The notes under the pieces: generated by a model
Database searches by the model: none
What the model was told of the DNA's origin: nothing
What the model saw: only the letters and a program-made list of their open reading frames with translations
Translations under genes and position numbers: made by a program
Part shown: in pieces, positions 49,478 through 61,256 of the stretch
Layout of the letters: every line of letters starts with the position of its first letter
How positions within the stretch are numbered: position 1 is the stretch's first letter
Assembly: GCF_018350175.1 (NCBI RefSeq)
Contig: NC_058376.1
Span: forward strand, 2,046,001-2,110,000
Direction: 5' to 3'
DNA: 64,000 nt
DNA from: Felis catus
Lineage: Eukaryota

Positions 49478-51582
49478 TGTATGCATGTTACACTTAAGTT
49501 ATTATACAGACATAAATATATATTTCTTATTATGTATATAAATACGTTGTACACCATTTATATAATTTATGTGTTGACAAACTTACGTATAAGTTGTACA
49601 TAATGTATATATGCTTAATATATACATTATATATATAAATACATAACATGTATGAATGTATATATGTGCACACACACACCACACAGAGTGACTTAGGTCT
49701 TCATTGTGTTATTCACATTCTGCCCTATTTTCCTCTTCCTCTTTGATTTCTTGACTCCTGAGGAAGTATCTCAAATATTACTGTGAATTTGCCAATTTCC
49801 CCTTGAATTTCTATCAAGTTTGCTTTACATATTTAAAAAGCGAGGGTGTTGGGTGGGTAACGGCTCCTGACAGCGATGCCTTCTCCGTAGATGGATGCCT
49901 TTCTCTAACCCAGGACCCGTGTGTGCTCCTTCGAGAAGGCCCGGACCGGGGTTGGCGGTCGGCTTAGCGCTGTCTCCCTAACCATTCTCTCTGAGAGCGT
50001 TTGCCCAGACGACTTCTCCACTCTGCCAGCTCTTCTGAGTCTCTCTGTCTCAGGTGATACAGAAAAATACATAGAAAACAATAGAAATGAGTCGGGTTAT
50101 TATTTTTTTTAACAGTCCGAGTCCTCTATTTCCAAGCTGCTCCATGCCTCTCAGAAAACGCAGTAGATATGTTCTGCTCAGAATCCTTTCCTGAGCTACC
50201 CACCCTCCGCGGAAGAAGCCCTCCCTGCCCGTCTCTACCACCGTCACAGCGTGGCCTGGCCTCTCAACTTGAAGGTGTCTCTTGCACACTTTATGAGCCA
50301 TCAGACTGACCATGCTCCCTTTTCTCCGACCCGAGTGTCCCCCGGTTGATCTGTTTTGCTGTGAATGAAAAAAATTAATTAAGGTGGTTTGATAAGGCAT
50401 CGTCCTATTTATTTCTTGTTCTGCAGCCTCCGTCTCTTGGCGGTCTGCCCCTGGCCCCCTTCAAGCGGCTGCCCACAAGTCTGCCGTACTCTGCAGCTCC
50501 TGCTTAGTCTTCTTAGCGTCCTGATCCTTCCGAGCAGTGCGCCGACGTCCCTGCTGGAGGACACGCGGAGGAACAAGACTCTGGGCGCTTTGGCCCGAGG
50601 TTTCTCACCCTCTCTGTTTAGGGGCATTCTCACAACGTGCTGGTGGACGGCCTCTTCCTTGGAGAGACTGATAAAGCTCACGGATCCCGCTAGTTCGGAG
50701 TCCGTGGGTCAGTGAGGCCAGCAATATCCTTCTCCCCTGTCCCACAAGGACCAAGTGGAGAGCACTGAGATTGGCATCCGCGACGCACCCTGAGCAGAGT
50801 CGCGCTTTCTCCCCCCCCCCCCGGTCGGTAGCAGGAATCCCCCTGCTCAGCAGCAGGCGGACGCGGCCGTGGGTCAAGACACCCCCCCTTCACGGGGAGG
50901 CCTTGTCCGTCACGGCCACCTGTGACCCAGACCACGTCACCCCTCCATTCTCCCCCAAGTCCATCCAGCGTCTGCGGCCATTCGCTTCTCAGAAAAGGTG
51001 CGAGGTTTCCGTTCAAAGAGTTTCCGGCAGCCGGTAGCTGGGAAGACGTCCCGCTTCATCCTGAAGCAGACCACGGTGTCCGAGGCGCCACGAGAAAGAA
51101 CGAGTCGGGCTGTTTTTTATCCCAGTATGAAAACCCCGATTCACACGTGTCCTAATCACTGAGGCGTTTTGAGTGTCTCCTCTCGTTCTATTGCACAGCG
51201 ACCATCCTCCACTGGTTCCTGTTTTTCCCCGATTTTGTCATTCCACTTGACCCCGCCGGGGGTTCACAGTGATTCGTGTGTGTCTGTCCTGCCAGCGGCC
51301 GCTCGCCCGGCAACAGCCCAGCTTGCTGCCCGCGTCCGGGAGCCGCCACCGTCCGCGTGGCAGTGTGGCCGGTCAGCCCGCCCCCGTCGTCCTAGGCAAG
51401 AGGACACCCGTGCGCTGGGATCGCCCTCCATCGCCAGCTGCCAGTGACCCCATCGGGGGCTTTAGTGCTGAGCGCTTGTTAAATTTTCTTTTTACGCTGT
51501 GCCTCAACAGGTGTAAGATGCAGCCATACATCTTAATGGTCTCTTGGCTTACACAGAGCTTGGGCTGTGCACCTGTGCACAC

Positions 51583-51613
<31 letters not shown>
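51583..51613. repeat. (TG)n microsatellite, about 15 units
   Basis: Perfect dinucleotide run. Confidence 0.95.
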
Positions 51614-51618
<5 letters not shown>

Positions 51619-51972
51619 GTGTCCGCCCCACCCCCAAATTCATATGCTGGAGTCCTATCTCCCCTTGTGGCTGTATTTGGAGATGGGGCCTCTAATATAG
51701 TAATTAAGGTTAAATGAGGCCTTAAGAGTGGAGCCCTGACGTCATAGGATTAGAGTCCTTCTGAGAGGAGACACCGGAGCACTCGCTCCCTCTCCGTGCA
51801 CACACTGAGGACAGGCACTCGGCACACGGCGAGAGACAGCCGTCCCCAAGCCGTCTCACCAGAGTCGGGTGCTGGCCCCTGGGTCTCAGACCTCCAGCCT
51901 CCAGGACTGGAAACAAGTCCGTTGTTTAAGCCGCCCCGTCTGTGGAATTTTGTTACAGCAGCCCAGCTGAGT
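51614..51972 (+). mobile_element. MLT1A-like LTR
   Basis: CCCCCAAATTCATATGCTGGAGTCC...GTATTTGGAGATGGGGCC...AATTAAGGTTAAATGAGG...CCAGCCTCCAGGACTG...TTTTGTTACAGCAGCCC. Confidence 0.82.
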
Positions 51973-52015
51973 CCGCGGTTCGCTTTTCTGGAATCCGTCT
52001 TAGAGAAGTTCTTTT

Positions 52016-52737
52016 AAAGGGCAACCCTCTTGCACTGCTGGTGGGAATGCAAACTGGTGCAGCCGCTCTGGAAAACAGTGCGGAGGTTCCTCAAAATATC
52101 AAAGATAGAACGACCCTACGACCCAGCAATAGCACTGCTAGGAATTGACCCAAGGGATACAGGAGTGCTGAGGCACAGGGGCACATGTACCCCAATGTTT
52201 ACTGCAACACTTTCAATAATAGCCAAATTATGGAAAGAGCCCAAATGTCCATCAACTGCTGAATGGATAAAGAAGATTATATATACAATGGAATACTACT
52301 TGGCAACGAGGAAGAATGAAATCCTGCCGTTTGCAACAATGTGGACGGAACTGGAAGGTATTATGCTGAGTGAAATAAGTCAGTCGGAGAAGGACAGATA
52401 CCATATGTTTTCACTCATATGTGGAACTTGAGAAACTTCACGGAAGACCATGGGGGAGGGGAAGGGGAAACATAGCTTCAGACAGAGAGGGCGGCAAACC
52501 GTAAGAGACTCTTAAATACGGAGAACAAACTGACAGTTTGAGCTGGGAGGAGGGGCGAATGGGTGACGGGCACCGAGGAGGGCACTTGCTGGGCTGAGCA
52601 CTGGGTGTGGTATGTAAGTGATGAACCACAGGAATCTACCCCTGAAGCCAAGAGCACACTGCATACACCGTATGTTAGCTAACGTGGCAATAAATTATAT
52701 TCATAAATAAATAAGTAAACAATAAAAATAAAAACAA
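52016..52737 (+). mobile_element. 5'-truncated carnivore L1 (ORF2 C-terminus, 3' UTR, A-rich tail)
   Basis: ORF 52030-52431 [15 protein letters not shown]...[11 protein letters not shown]...KEPKCPS...YHMFSLICGT is the L1 ORF2p C-terminus. AATAAA-rich tail; imperfect TSD AGAAGTTCTT / AGAAGATCCT. Confidence 0.93.
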
Positions 52738-53192
52738 AGAAGATCCTTCAGAAAGGATGCACGAGCGACACATTTTCTGAGTCTTTCCATTCTAAAATGT
52801 TTTTATTCGGTGCTGCCAGTCGGATGCTAGTTGGGAGTCTAGATAAAAAACCAAGGCCCCCCCACACCTGGGCGTGGGCAGCCACGGAAAGGGCGTGGCC
52901 TTGCCGAGTCCCAGCCTGGGCACCGGGGGCCATGCTGGAGGCGGGTCCAGGAGGATGAAAAACGGGGGGCCGGTGGGGGTGGACCGGTCTGGGCCCAAGG
53001 AGCCTGCAGGGTGTCCAAGGGGAGGAACCCGGGGGAGATGGCCACAGGAGACGCCCTTGGGCCACAGGCAGCTGGGCCGCGGGCTGGAAGAGGTCTCAGT
53101 GGCCCAGACACAGCCCCCTGACCACTGCCCAGGTCTGTAACTTTGTCTGTAGGGAACACAGAGAGGCTGGCCGGGCTGGTACGGGCAACAGA

Positions 53193-53198
53193 TTTAAT
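53193..53198 (-). terminator. Candidate TRPM2 poly(A) signal ATTAAA
   Basis: tttaat on + strand, about 840 nt after the stop, followed on - by a U/GU-rich stretch (TCTCTGTGTT). Confidence 0.5.
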
Positions 53199-54032
53199 GT
53201 TGGGTTTTACGATATCCTGGCCCTGATGACTGTTGGCGGTTTATGCTGATGGCTTGTGAGTCATGGACACTGAGCAGAGCGGCCCCCCCACCATCTAGGC
53301 CCACCGCCTACCCCGCCCTGGGCTCACAGGGAGCGCTGTGCGTGGAGAGCCCCTGCCCGGATCCCCAGGACAGCACAGAGGCAGACACACTTTGACCCCC
53401 AGAGAAGGCGTGTGCTCGCCTGGCTCTTGCCCCTCAAAGGGGCTCAGCCCTGAGAGGCCAGGGCAGTGAACTGAGGCTACCACGGGGCCCCACCCCAGGA
53501 CAGGTGAGGGTCCGAGTGAAGTCACGGTGGGTGCCACCTCTGGGGTGTGGGCTCCAGGACAAGGCCACAGTCCCAACTGTGCAGGAAATGCGGGCCTTGG
53601 GCCAATGCACATCTGGTGGTGGGCGAGCTGCTCACGACGTGACCAGGAGGGAGTCACTTGGGCCGAGGGCTGAGGCCGCCAGCAGCAGCCATGACTGGCG
53701 GGATCCCAGGAGCCACGCCGGCCGTGAGGAATGGCCGTGTGACCAGAGCCGGCCCGTGCCCTGCCTCGGCTCTCCTCTCGGGGCACCCTGACGTTCTCCA
53801 ATTCACAGGCTCGTCTGCTCAGTGACTCGAGGTGGCCGTGAGAAGCAGCAGATTCCCAGACCACACCGCGAGGTGTCCCAGGAGCAGCCCCTTGCCCATC
53901 CGAGGCCCAGGGCGGCCCGTGCCTTGGGTGGCCGGCCTCGGCCTGAGTCCCTGGCAGCCGAGCTTCCAAGGGGGCTGTGGGTAGACCAGCCTCACCCGCC
54001 CCCGGCATCGGGGCCCGGCCAGAGTCCACGGG

Positions 54033-54158
54033 TCAGTAGAAAGCCCCATACAGAGTGGCCACCTTCTGGAGGATGGTCTTGTGGTTGGCATACAGAGGGA
54101 TGCGCCTGTCCACGACCTGCCATCGGACGGACATCCCGGGGTCACAGGCATGCAGGTG
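54033..54158 (-). CDS. TRPM2: TRPM2 last coding exon (32) with TGA
   Basis: Acceptor tttgcccttgcag|; reads HLHACDPGMSVRWQVVDRRIPLYANHKTILQKVATLYGAFY*. Confidence 0.96.
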   Translation of the reverse strand, partial: HLHACDPGMSVRWQVVDRRIPLYANHKTILQKVATLYGAFY

Positions 54159-54740
54159 CTGCAAGGGCAAACGTAGGTCCTGACTCCCTCCTGAGCTGGC
54201 CCCGCCTCTGCCCCACACCCCAGAGCTGCGGCTGGGCTCAGAAGGGCCCGGGGGGGGTGGGTGACACGCGCCCCCGGTCTCTGCCTAGGGCTGCCTCCCT
54301 GTATTCTTCTATCAAAGGGGAGAAAGAACAGCTACTTCAGGCATGACGGGAAATTCCCGCCAAGCTCTGAAAGTCCTTGACGAGAAAAGAGCAGGTGGCC
54401 TTCATCTCAGGTGTTCTGCCCTTTAAATCCAGTCTGGATTAGGGACGGTGGGACTGATATAAATGTGGAGACATCATCCCCATGAAGGCGTGGGAACCAG
54501 CCTCCCCCAGGGAGTCCCGTCCGAGGGTCCCCATCCAGCCACCTGCTGGTGCCCTCTCGCCTCTCCCAGTGCTTCTCGGAGCCCTCTGCTCTCTGCAGCC
54601 CCCGCTCTCTGGTCTTGGCCAGCTCCGGCCCCCTGGGAGGCCAGGCAGACCCCTCCTGGAGGCCCCGAGTGACCCCCAGAGCTCACTCGCCTGCATCTCC
54701 CCCCCCCCCCAAACCGGGAGCCTGCGGCCCAGGCCCATAC

Positions 54741-54857
54741 AGAGTTCAGCCTCTTCAGGTCCATGTCACTCTGGTCTGAGAAGTGGATGCTGATGGCCAC
54801 GGTCTCAATCCAGGCGTTGTCCGTGTTCCTTGGGTCGTCCACGTACCCTCTGTATAC
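54741..54857 (-). CDS. TRPM2: TRPM2 exon 31 (117 nt, NUDT9-H)
   Basis: Acceptor cctcccag|; reads VYRGYVDDPRNTDNAWIETVAISIHFSDQSDMDLKRLNS; donor |GTATGG. Confidence 0.96.
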
Positions 54858-55139
54858 CTGGGAGGCAGCGCAGGGGTAAGCCGGTCCGCCCCGGCTTCCT
54901 CCCCGAGGGAGGGGCCCCATGCACGTCCTGCGCTCCGTCCCGGCCCAGGGACACTGAGCACAGTCGTCCACTGCTCCCGGGGCCCCGCCGGGCTCTCTCC
55001 CTGCCCCGTGCCGCCTGCTCCCCAACGCCACCTCCCGCGTGCCCGACCCACCGCGGGGTCCGCGCCTCCCTCAGCGCCCTCCTGGTCTCTGGCTTGGCAT
55101 CCACACCCGCCTCGACTGTCCTCGGGAGGATAAAAAGGG

Positions 55140-55440
55140 ATGGCGGACGTCACAAACATTGCACTAAGTGAAAGAAGCCAGACGCCAAAGCCCGTGTGCG
55201 TCCTGTGTGATTCCACTTACAGCCAGTGTCCTGAACAGGCCGGGACGCAGAACAGAACGCAGGTCAGTGGGTGCCAGGGAATGGTGGGGGGAAAGGCAAT
55301 GACTGCTCATGGGGGATGGAATGTTCTGGAACAGGTGGGAGGTGATGGTGGCACAACATGGCCAATGCGCTAAATGCCACTGACCTGTTCACTCTAAAAT
55401 GGTTAATTTTATGTTATGTTTCACCTCCATAAATAAACTA
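55140..55440 (+). mobile_element. L1MB/L1ME-like 3' end in TRPM2 intron 30
   Basis: CTAAGTGAAAGAAGCCAGAC...TGATTCCACTTA...GGAATGTTCTGGAAC...CTAAATGCCACTGA...TAAAATGGTTAATTTTATGTTATG. Confidence 0.75.
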
Positions 55441-56274
55441 CTTAATTCTTTTCTACAAAGGGACGGTGCTATTCCCTGGGGCACTGCACAGGACAGCCCT
55501 TATGAAATGACCAGGTTCACGGGTCAACACCCTAAATATCAGCGATCGCCTGTTTCATCCTAAACTAGGAGAGACACAGGACCAGTACCAACTCTGGGTC
55601 CACCGAGAGGACGTTCAAGAAATCATGACACAAATCATTATGCGACCATGGAAAAGAGGAGGCAAATTTGTAAATATGAGCATTGCAAATTAAGTGAAAA
55701 AGCAAGTTACAGAGAAGTGTGTGCTGTGTGGCCCCGTTTTTATTAAGAGTGTATGGGTGTTCGAGCGCAGAGAGAAAACTGGCAACAGAGCCCGCGGCAG
55801 GCATGTAAAGAGGTAAACAAAGTCTGGAGCGGGGCTCCTGTGGGTGAGTGTGAAGGGGCGTGCGTTACACCAAACGTGTAACGCACCGCTTTCGTAACTA
55901 AGAAAAGACAGTGGAGAATACAGGCCCCCCGCCCCCACCCCCGTCCAGGCCTTGGGGAGCCGGGCGCTGGCCCAATGCCCCCTCTGCCCTCGGAGACTCA
56001 GACACTGTGGTCCCGTGCACCCACGTGCTCTAGGGCAAGTGTGTGTGTGGCGGAGGAGGCGGCCTGCCCCCCTGACCTAGAGAGAAGAAGGTCAGGGAGG
56101 GAAGGCAGGCGCCCAGGGACCAGAGCCAGGGCCACGCCTCCTGGTCCCAGCTCCTTCCTGGGGCGGGAGCAGGGTCCCCAGTGTCCCATCCGGCTCACCC
56201 TGCAGCCCTCCCCACCAGCACACCGTGGGTGGCCGGGGCACACAGATGGGACCGCAGCAGAGAAGCCACCTTAC

Positions 56275-56376
56275 CTCTGTGCCCTGCGTCAGCAAGTTCT
56301 GGAAGGAAGACCAGAACTCTCTACGGAGGACCTGCTTCAGCTTCCGGGGCAGTATCTCTCCTGGTTCCCGGGAGCC
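56275..56376 (-). CDS. TRPM2: TRPM2 exon 30 (102 nt, degenerate Nudix box)
   Basis: Acceptor tctgcccag|; reads GSREPGEILPRKLKQVLRREFWSSFQNLLTQGTE; donor |GTAAGG. Confidence 0.96.
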
Positions 56377-57944
56377 CTGGGCAGAGAGGAGGCAGGGGCA
56401 GGTCTGAAGGCTGTTCGGAGACCCACCTCCACTGGCCATCTGCCCAGAGTGGGCAGCAGGCCAGCACCCTGGAGCCACAGGCAGATGAGTGTCTGGCCGC
56501 TTGGCTGTCTCAGGGCTGGAGTGACATTGTCCAGAGTGCACTGCCCACGTCAGCCTGCGCGGAGCAGGGGTGCGTCAGACCAGAGGCACAATGTTTGGGG
56601 AGTACGTGTGGGCGCCCATAAAGCAACACGCGCCCTGCCCTCCAGTGCCCTGGCCACCAGCAGAAGGGCATGTTTTAACTATTTGCTTGCATTCCCCTAC
56701 ATGCCGTCTCTCACCTCTGCTCCCCCAGGCTGAGCTCCCAGCCTCTCCCAACGCCACCCACCCCAGGGACATGGGCCCTGCACCTGCACTGCCCAGCCTC
56801 CACCCCTCGGAGAGACCCTGTTTGTTATTAACGTCTCTCAAAGTCCACATCACATCCATCTGCTTTGTCCCCTGAGACGCCTGTGCCCCCCAAAAGCTGC
56901 AGTGGTGGGGGGACCCATGCAGGGTCGGGGCTATAGGTGCACTGCTTGGAAGATGCCACCAGGGACTGGGCCAGTGTCCCATCCCACCCGGAGAGGCCAA
57001 AGTGCCCAAGAGGAAGGCTGAATCGTGCTAGAGACTCTCTCCCAGGGGGAGAGGGGCCGGCCCGATACCTGGTTCAGAGTGGTGCTCCTTCAGCTGGGGG
57101 GCACAGGGGATCGTGGCTGCAGGGCTGGAGCTACCCAGAATCCTTGTTGCATCCTGGGGACCCAGTGGAACCACCACCCCACACATGCTCACCAACAGGC
57201 TGCCCCCAGGAGAGCGGCCACTGGGCCATGGTGGGTGCCGAGTTGGGGCAAATCACGACTTCCCAGAAGCAGGCTCAGAGGAGAGGCTCCCAAATGGGGC
57301 TGCAGCCCAGATGCTGTGCACCGACCCAGAGCCTGTCAGGGAACGTGGTCCTCTTGCCAGGACCCCCAGAACATGGGTGGGAGTCGGGGCAGGCAGACTG
57401 ATCTGGGAGTAACACCTGGGGGGTCCAGCCCAGGGCCTTCTGCAGCCCAGTTATGTTGATCCCCACAAGGCCCCGGATGCATTCTGGCCTTCAGCCCTGC
57501 AACTAGCTGCCACTCCAGAGCTGAGGGGCCATATGCCCCCTCCTCCCAGCCCTGGCCCCTGTCCTGTCCTTAGGGCTCAGCTCAGGGCTGCACACCAAGA
57601 GGCAGGTGCCTGCCTGAGACACCTGCATGGGGAGTCATATTTGCCTCCAAAGCCATGAGCTCCTCGAGGACACGCAGCCTAGCCCCTGATGCAGCCGCAG
57701 TGCTGAGCCTGGTGCTCGGGACACAGTGCTCACCCCAGAGAGTATCTGAACCCGTTTTCACTACAGCAAAATGAGTAGACAGCAGGGAGAATCCCTCCTA
57801 AAAAGCCAAGTACTGGTTTGTCCTTCAGCACCAGGGACAGAGTCCAGAACTGCCCAGGGCGGGGACTGTAGGAGCAGGTGTTCCGTCGTTGGGTGGGATG
57901 GGTGGAGGGACAGACGCTCTGGACAGACAGCTTGCACGGCTTAC

Positions 57945-58050
57945 CCCTGGCAAGGCCCAGTGTTCCGAGAGAGAGTGCTTTACGACCAGCACTTCGAGCA
58001 TTTTCTTTATGCTTTTCCTGCAGATGGCTCCATCCTGGTTCCGCCTCCAC
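57945..58050 (-). CDS. TRPM2: TRPM2 exon 29 (106 nt)
   Basis: Acceptor ccttttacag|; reads (R)WRRNQDGAICRKSIKKMLEVLVVKHSLSEHWALPG; donor |GTAAGC. Confidence 0.96.
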
Positions 58051-58625
58051 CTGTAAAAGGGGCAGCTCACAGGGACTCTGCGGTCAGCCCCCCCCCCGCC
58101 CCCACTGAGGAGGATATGGGGCAGACGGGGGCAACCCTGTCTCCTTTCCCAACATGGCTCCAGGGGAAGAACCGAGACGGGGACCATTAGGATGTCTTTC
58201 CTGCTTCCACACCACTGGAGGGACTGGAGTGGATGGGCCTATGAGGAAAATATTTTTTTTTATCATGAGCCTCAAAGAAGCACACAGCCTGGCCCCACCT
58301 ACTCCTCTCCTTACTCTGGAAATGCTGGGCGGGATTATGTGTATTTTCATCTTGTCTGTGGTCCTGGGCCCTGGCCATGGCTTTGCCCTCCTCCCAGAGG
58401 CCCGCTAACCGAGGGGGGCCCACAAGGAAGCAAGGGCAGCTTCCAGGGGTGGGGACAGGCCTGGGCTTTTCCTAGGGGACAGGGACACCCCCGCCCTGCA
58501 TCTCGGGTGCACTTACACTTATCCAGGCCCCACCATGAGCCTGGCACCATGTGCCACGTGCGATCTGTCCCCTCAGCTCTGAGCACGTGGGGAGGGGCCC
58601 GTGAGTGCCTCAGTGGCACACTCAC

Positions 58626-58712
58626 CGGGTGATCACAGGCTGCAGCGTGTGGTTGGGTCCAAAGCAACCGAGGCTTCCACGTCCACGCAGTCCTGTGCGG
58701 CCCATGGGGTTC
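58626..58712 (-). CDS. TRPM2: TRPM2 exon 28 (87 nt)
   Basis: Acceptor ctccccag|; manual translation [28 protein letters not shown](R); donor |GTGAGT. Not in the ORF track. Confidence 0.95.
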
Positions 58713-58995
58713 CTGGGGAGGACGGGTCTGCTTAGATTGCTGCCTGCAATCTAGATTTGCTTACCCCAAAGCCAGCCGGGGTAAGTGCTCCTCCCCAGCT
58801 CCACGCCAGTGTCCTGGGAGACGCAGAGAGGGGTCTCATCGAGTAAGGCAGCGTTTTACATCAGCATCTCTTTTCTTCTGCATTTTGTTCACTTCTATCA
58901 GAAAGATGGCTGGTTTGCCAGGACAGGACGGCTGACCCCAGAAGCAAGCCCCACAAAGGCCCGGCTGACGCGGGATGGCGGGCGGCCGCACTCAC

Positions 58996-59097
58996 AGAGG
59001 GAGCCCGTCCTGAACCACGTAGACCCCGTGGAAGCTCCGCCGGTCTATGGGTCCGTCCACGGCGTTGTAGCTGATCCCGGACAGAGGCTCCAGGGCA
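58996..59097 (-). CDS. TRPM2: TRPM2 exon 27 (102 nt)
   Basis: Acceptor ttttcccag|; reads ALEPLSGISYNAVDGPIDRRSFHGVYVVQDGLP(L); donor |GTGAGT. Confidence 0.95.
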
Positions 59098-59347
59098 CTG
59101 GGAAAAGCGGAGAGGCCATGTCCCCGTAAGAGAGGGCAGTGACCAGGACTGTCAGAGAGCCCCGTGTCTCTGGCAGGTGCCCCCAGCCAGCTGCCTCCCC
59201 AGAATGTCCCAGCCCTCGGGGAGGACAGGGCACCCTGCCCAGGCAGGAGGCAGGCCCTCACCCTGAGCTCCTTCTGGCCGTCACCCCGGAGCGCCTGCTG
59301 GTCCCCCACCCTCCCTCCTGCCCAGGGCCAAGGATGTGCACACTCAC

Positions 59348-59424
59348 TTTCCCACGGGGTCCACCAAGCCCCTGTCCTTCCTGTCGTCTGTGTAAAAGGG
59401 CGGGTCGTAGATGAGAAACGCCGT
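59348..59424 (-). CDS. TRPM2: TRPM2 exon 26 (77 nt)
   Basis: Acceptor ctttgtgcag|; reads TAFLIYDPPFYTDDRKDRGLVDPVG(N); donor |GTGAGT. Confidence 0.95.
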
Positions 59425-60119
59425 CTGCACAAAGACGCCGGTCCTGCCCTCAGACTGGCACCCCCGACCACGGCTAGGGCCCTGCGGCCAGGATGACCGA
59501 CAGCAGCTCCTCTTCCTCAAAGCGCTCACGCCATGGACCCCGAGACAGACCCCAAAGTGCACAGGGTAGCTCTGAGCTCAGGCAGGCTGAGCGTACCACC
59601 CCCAGGGACCCAGCCGAGGGGGCTGGCGACGGCAGTGGTAGTCCAGAGGAGCCCCCAGGATGGGGCAGGGGTCTAGGCTGGACTCCAGAGGGACTCCAGC
59701 TGGCAGAGACTGGGGAGAAGGAATGGAGGCAACAGCCTGGAATGTTCTAGAAAGGCCAGAGGCAACGCCCGTGGGGGCGGGGAGGGCACACAGATGCTGC
59801 TGCCCTTCCTCTTCCTCCCTCCTCAATGCTATCCCTCACCTGCGCTCACGAAAGGGGCAGCGACCAGTCCCTGGGGATGCTGGGGTCTGGGATGAGTGAG
59901 GCCACTGGAGGTAACGGGGCAGTCAGCTCCCTGTAGGGTCAGCAGCCCACTGGGCGCCCAGCTCCACCACCTCTAGCTGTGTGGTCCTAGTGACTCAGTT
60001 TCCCCCTCTGCCCAGCACGTCCCTGTGAGGCTGCACAGGCTTGTCCACCCGGCGCCTGGCCGTGTCCAGAACACGGGGCACCTCTGGCCCGGTGGGAGAG
60101 CGCCAGGACCCGCACTCAC

Positions 60120-60277
60120 CTCCCAGGGCACCTTCTCGTTGGGCACGGGGAAACGGGTGACGTGGGAGTTGGGGTACAGGAGGTGCCGGGCGTTCACGTG
60201 GTGGGTGTCGCCCATGTCCTCCTCCTCCTGTCTGCCGTCCGGCTCGAGGTCCTGCCCCTCTGAGGCCTTCTGGGGTG
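60120..60277 (-). CDS. TRPM2: TRPM2 exon 25 (158 nt; linker and start of NUDT9-H)
   Basis: Acceptor ctgttcccag|; reads APQKASEGQDLEPDGRQEEEDMGDTHHVNARHLLYPNSHVTRFPVPNEKVPWE; donor |GTGAGT. Confidence 0.95.
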
Positions 60278-60667
60278 CTGGGAACAGCCACAGGGAGCCG
60301 TGGGCAAAGCCGGGCCCGGGCTCAGGCACCTGGCCCACAGGACAGGGGCGTCCTCGATGGTCCTTCCCCAGAACTGGGCCACCTCCGCCTCCCCGAGACC
60401 AGACTGAACACCACCAGCCCCGAAGGGGGGCTCCCCACTACGGCCCTGGGGGGACAGAGATCTGGGGTCGGGCAGTGTCCCCCCAGCCAGCACCTGCCTC
60501 CTTGTGTGGCTGCCCCAGAGCTCTCGGTAATTAGCTGGACTCACGGCCCTTACAGAAGCCCATCCGGCTAGGGAGGGCACGTGTGCCCCCTCCGGGGTCA
60601 GCACCGCCCCAGGAGGGCCAGTCTTGCCCATTTCTTGGCTGGCTGCAAACTTAGAAATATGGACTTT

Positions 60668-60867
60668 GGGGGGCCACCTGGGTGGCTCAGTAGGTTGTGT
60701 CTGACTTTGGCTCGGGTCACGATCTCACAGTTCGTGGGATCAAGCCCCATGTTAGGCTCTGTGCTGACAGTGCGGAACCTGCTTGGGATTCTCTGTCCCT
60801 CTCTCTGGCCCTCCCCCTGCTCACCCCTTCCCTCTCTCTCTCTCAAAAATAAATATAAAAAAAAAAA
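60668..60867 (+). mobile_element. Can-SINE in TRPM2 intron 24
   Basis: GGGGCCACCTGGGTGGCTCAG head, CT tract, AAAAATAAATATAAAAAAAAAAA tail. Confidence 0.9.
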
Positions 60868-61168
60868 GACACACGGACTATGGTTTCTGCCACCTGGTCT
60901 GGGTCTTGGGCGCATCCTGGAGCGGCCCCTCCTGTATAGCATGATGCCCAGGCCCCCTCTCAAAGCCCCCCACCAGGTCCAGTCACGGGCTCGGTTGTGC
61001 AGGGCCCCTGCTTCTGTGGGGCAGTCTACCCTCGCCCAGGCCCATGGGACCCAGGAGCAGCTCAGTCGGCCTACCCCCAACCCCGCCAGAATCCAGCCTG
61101 CTGCCTCTCCTCCCCACAGACCCCCAGACTCAAGCAGGTGCCAGCTGCTGGCAGGGCCGCGCACTCAC

Positions 61169-61256
61169 CCGGGGCGGGGATGCCCTCCTCTGAGCCGAAG
61201 CCACCGTCCCTCAGGGCCTTCATGACCCAGTGCAGTGCTCTGGACGTCTGGGCCAC
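61169..61256 (-). CDS. TRPM2: TRPM2 exon 24 (88 nt; coiled coil)
   Basis: Acceptor ccttccag|; reads VAQTSRALHWVMKALRDGGFGSEEGIPAP; donor G|GTGAGT. Confidence 0.94.

Noticed and set aside
52030-52431. 133-aa ORF as a host gene
   Set aside because: It is the C-terminus of L1 ORF2p in a 5'-truncated, non-autonomous copy.
56310-56330. 'REF' tripeptide in TRPM2 suggesting a restored catalytic Nudix motif
   Set aside because: It is four residues out of register with the NUDT9 REFGEE motif, and the catalytic EE pair is absent.
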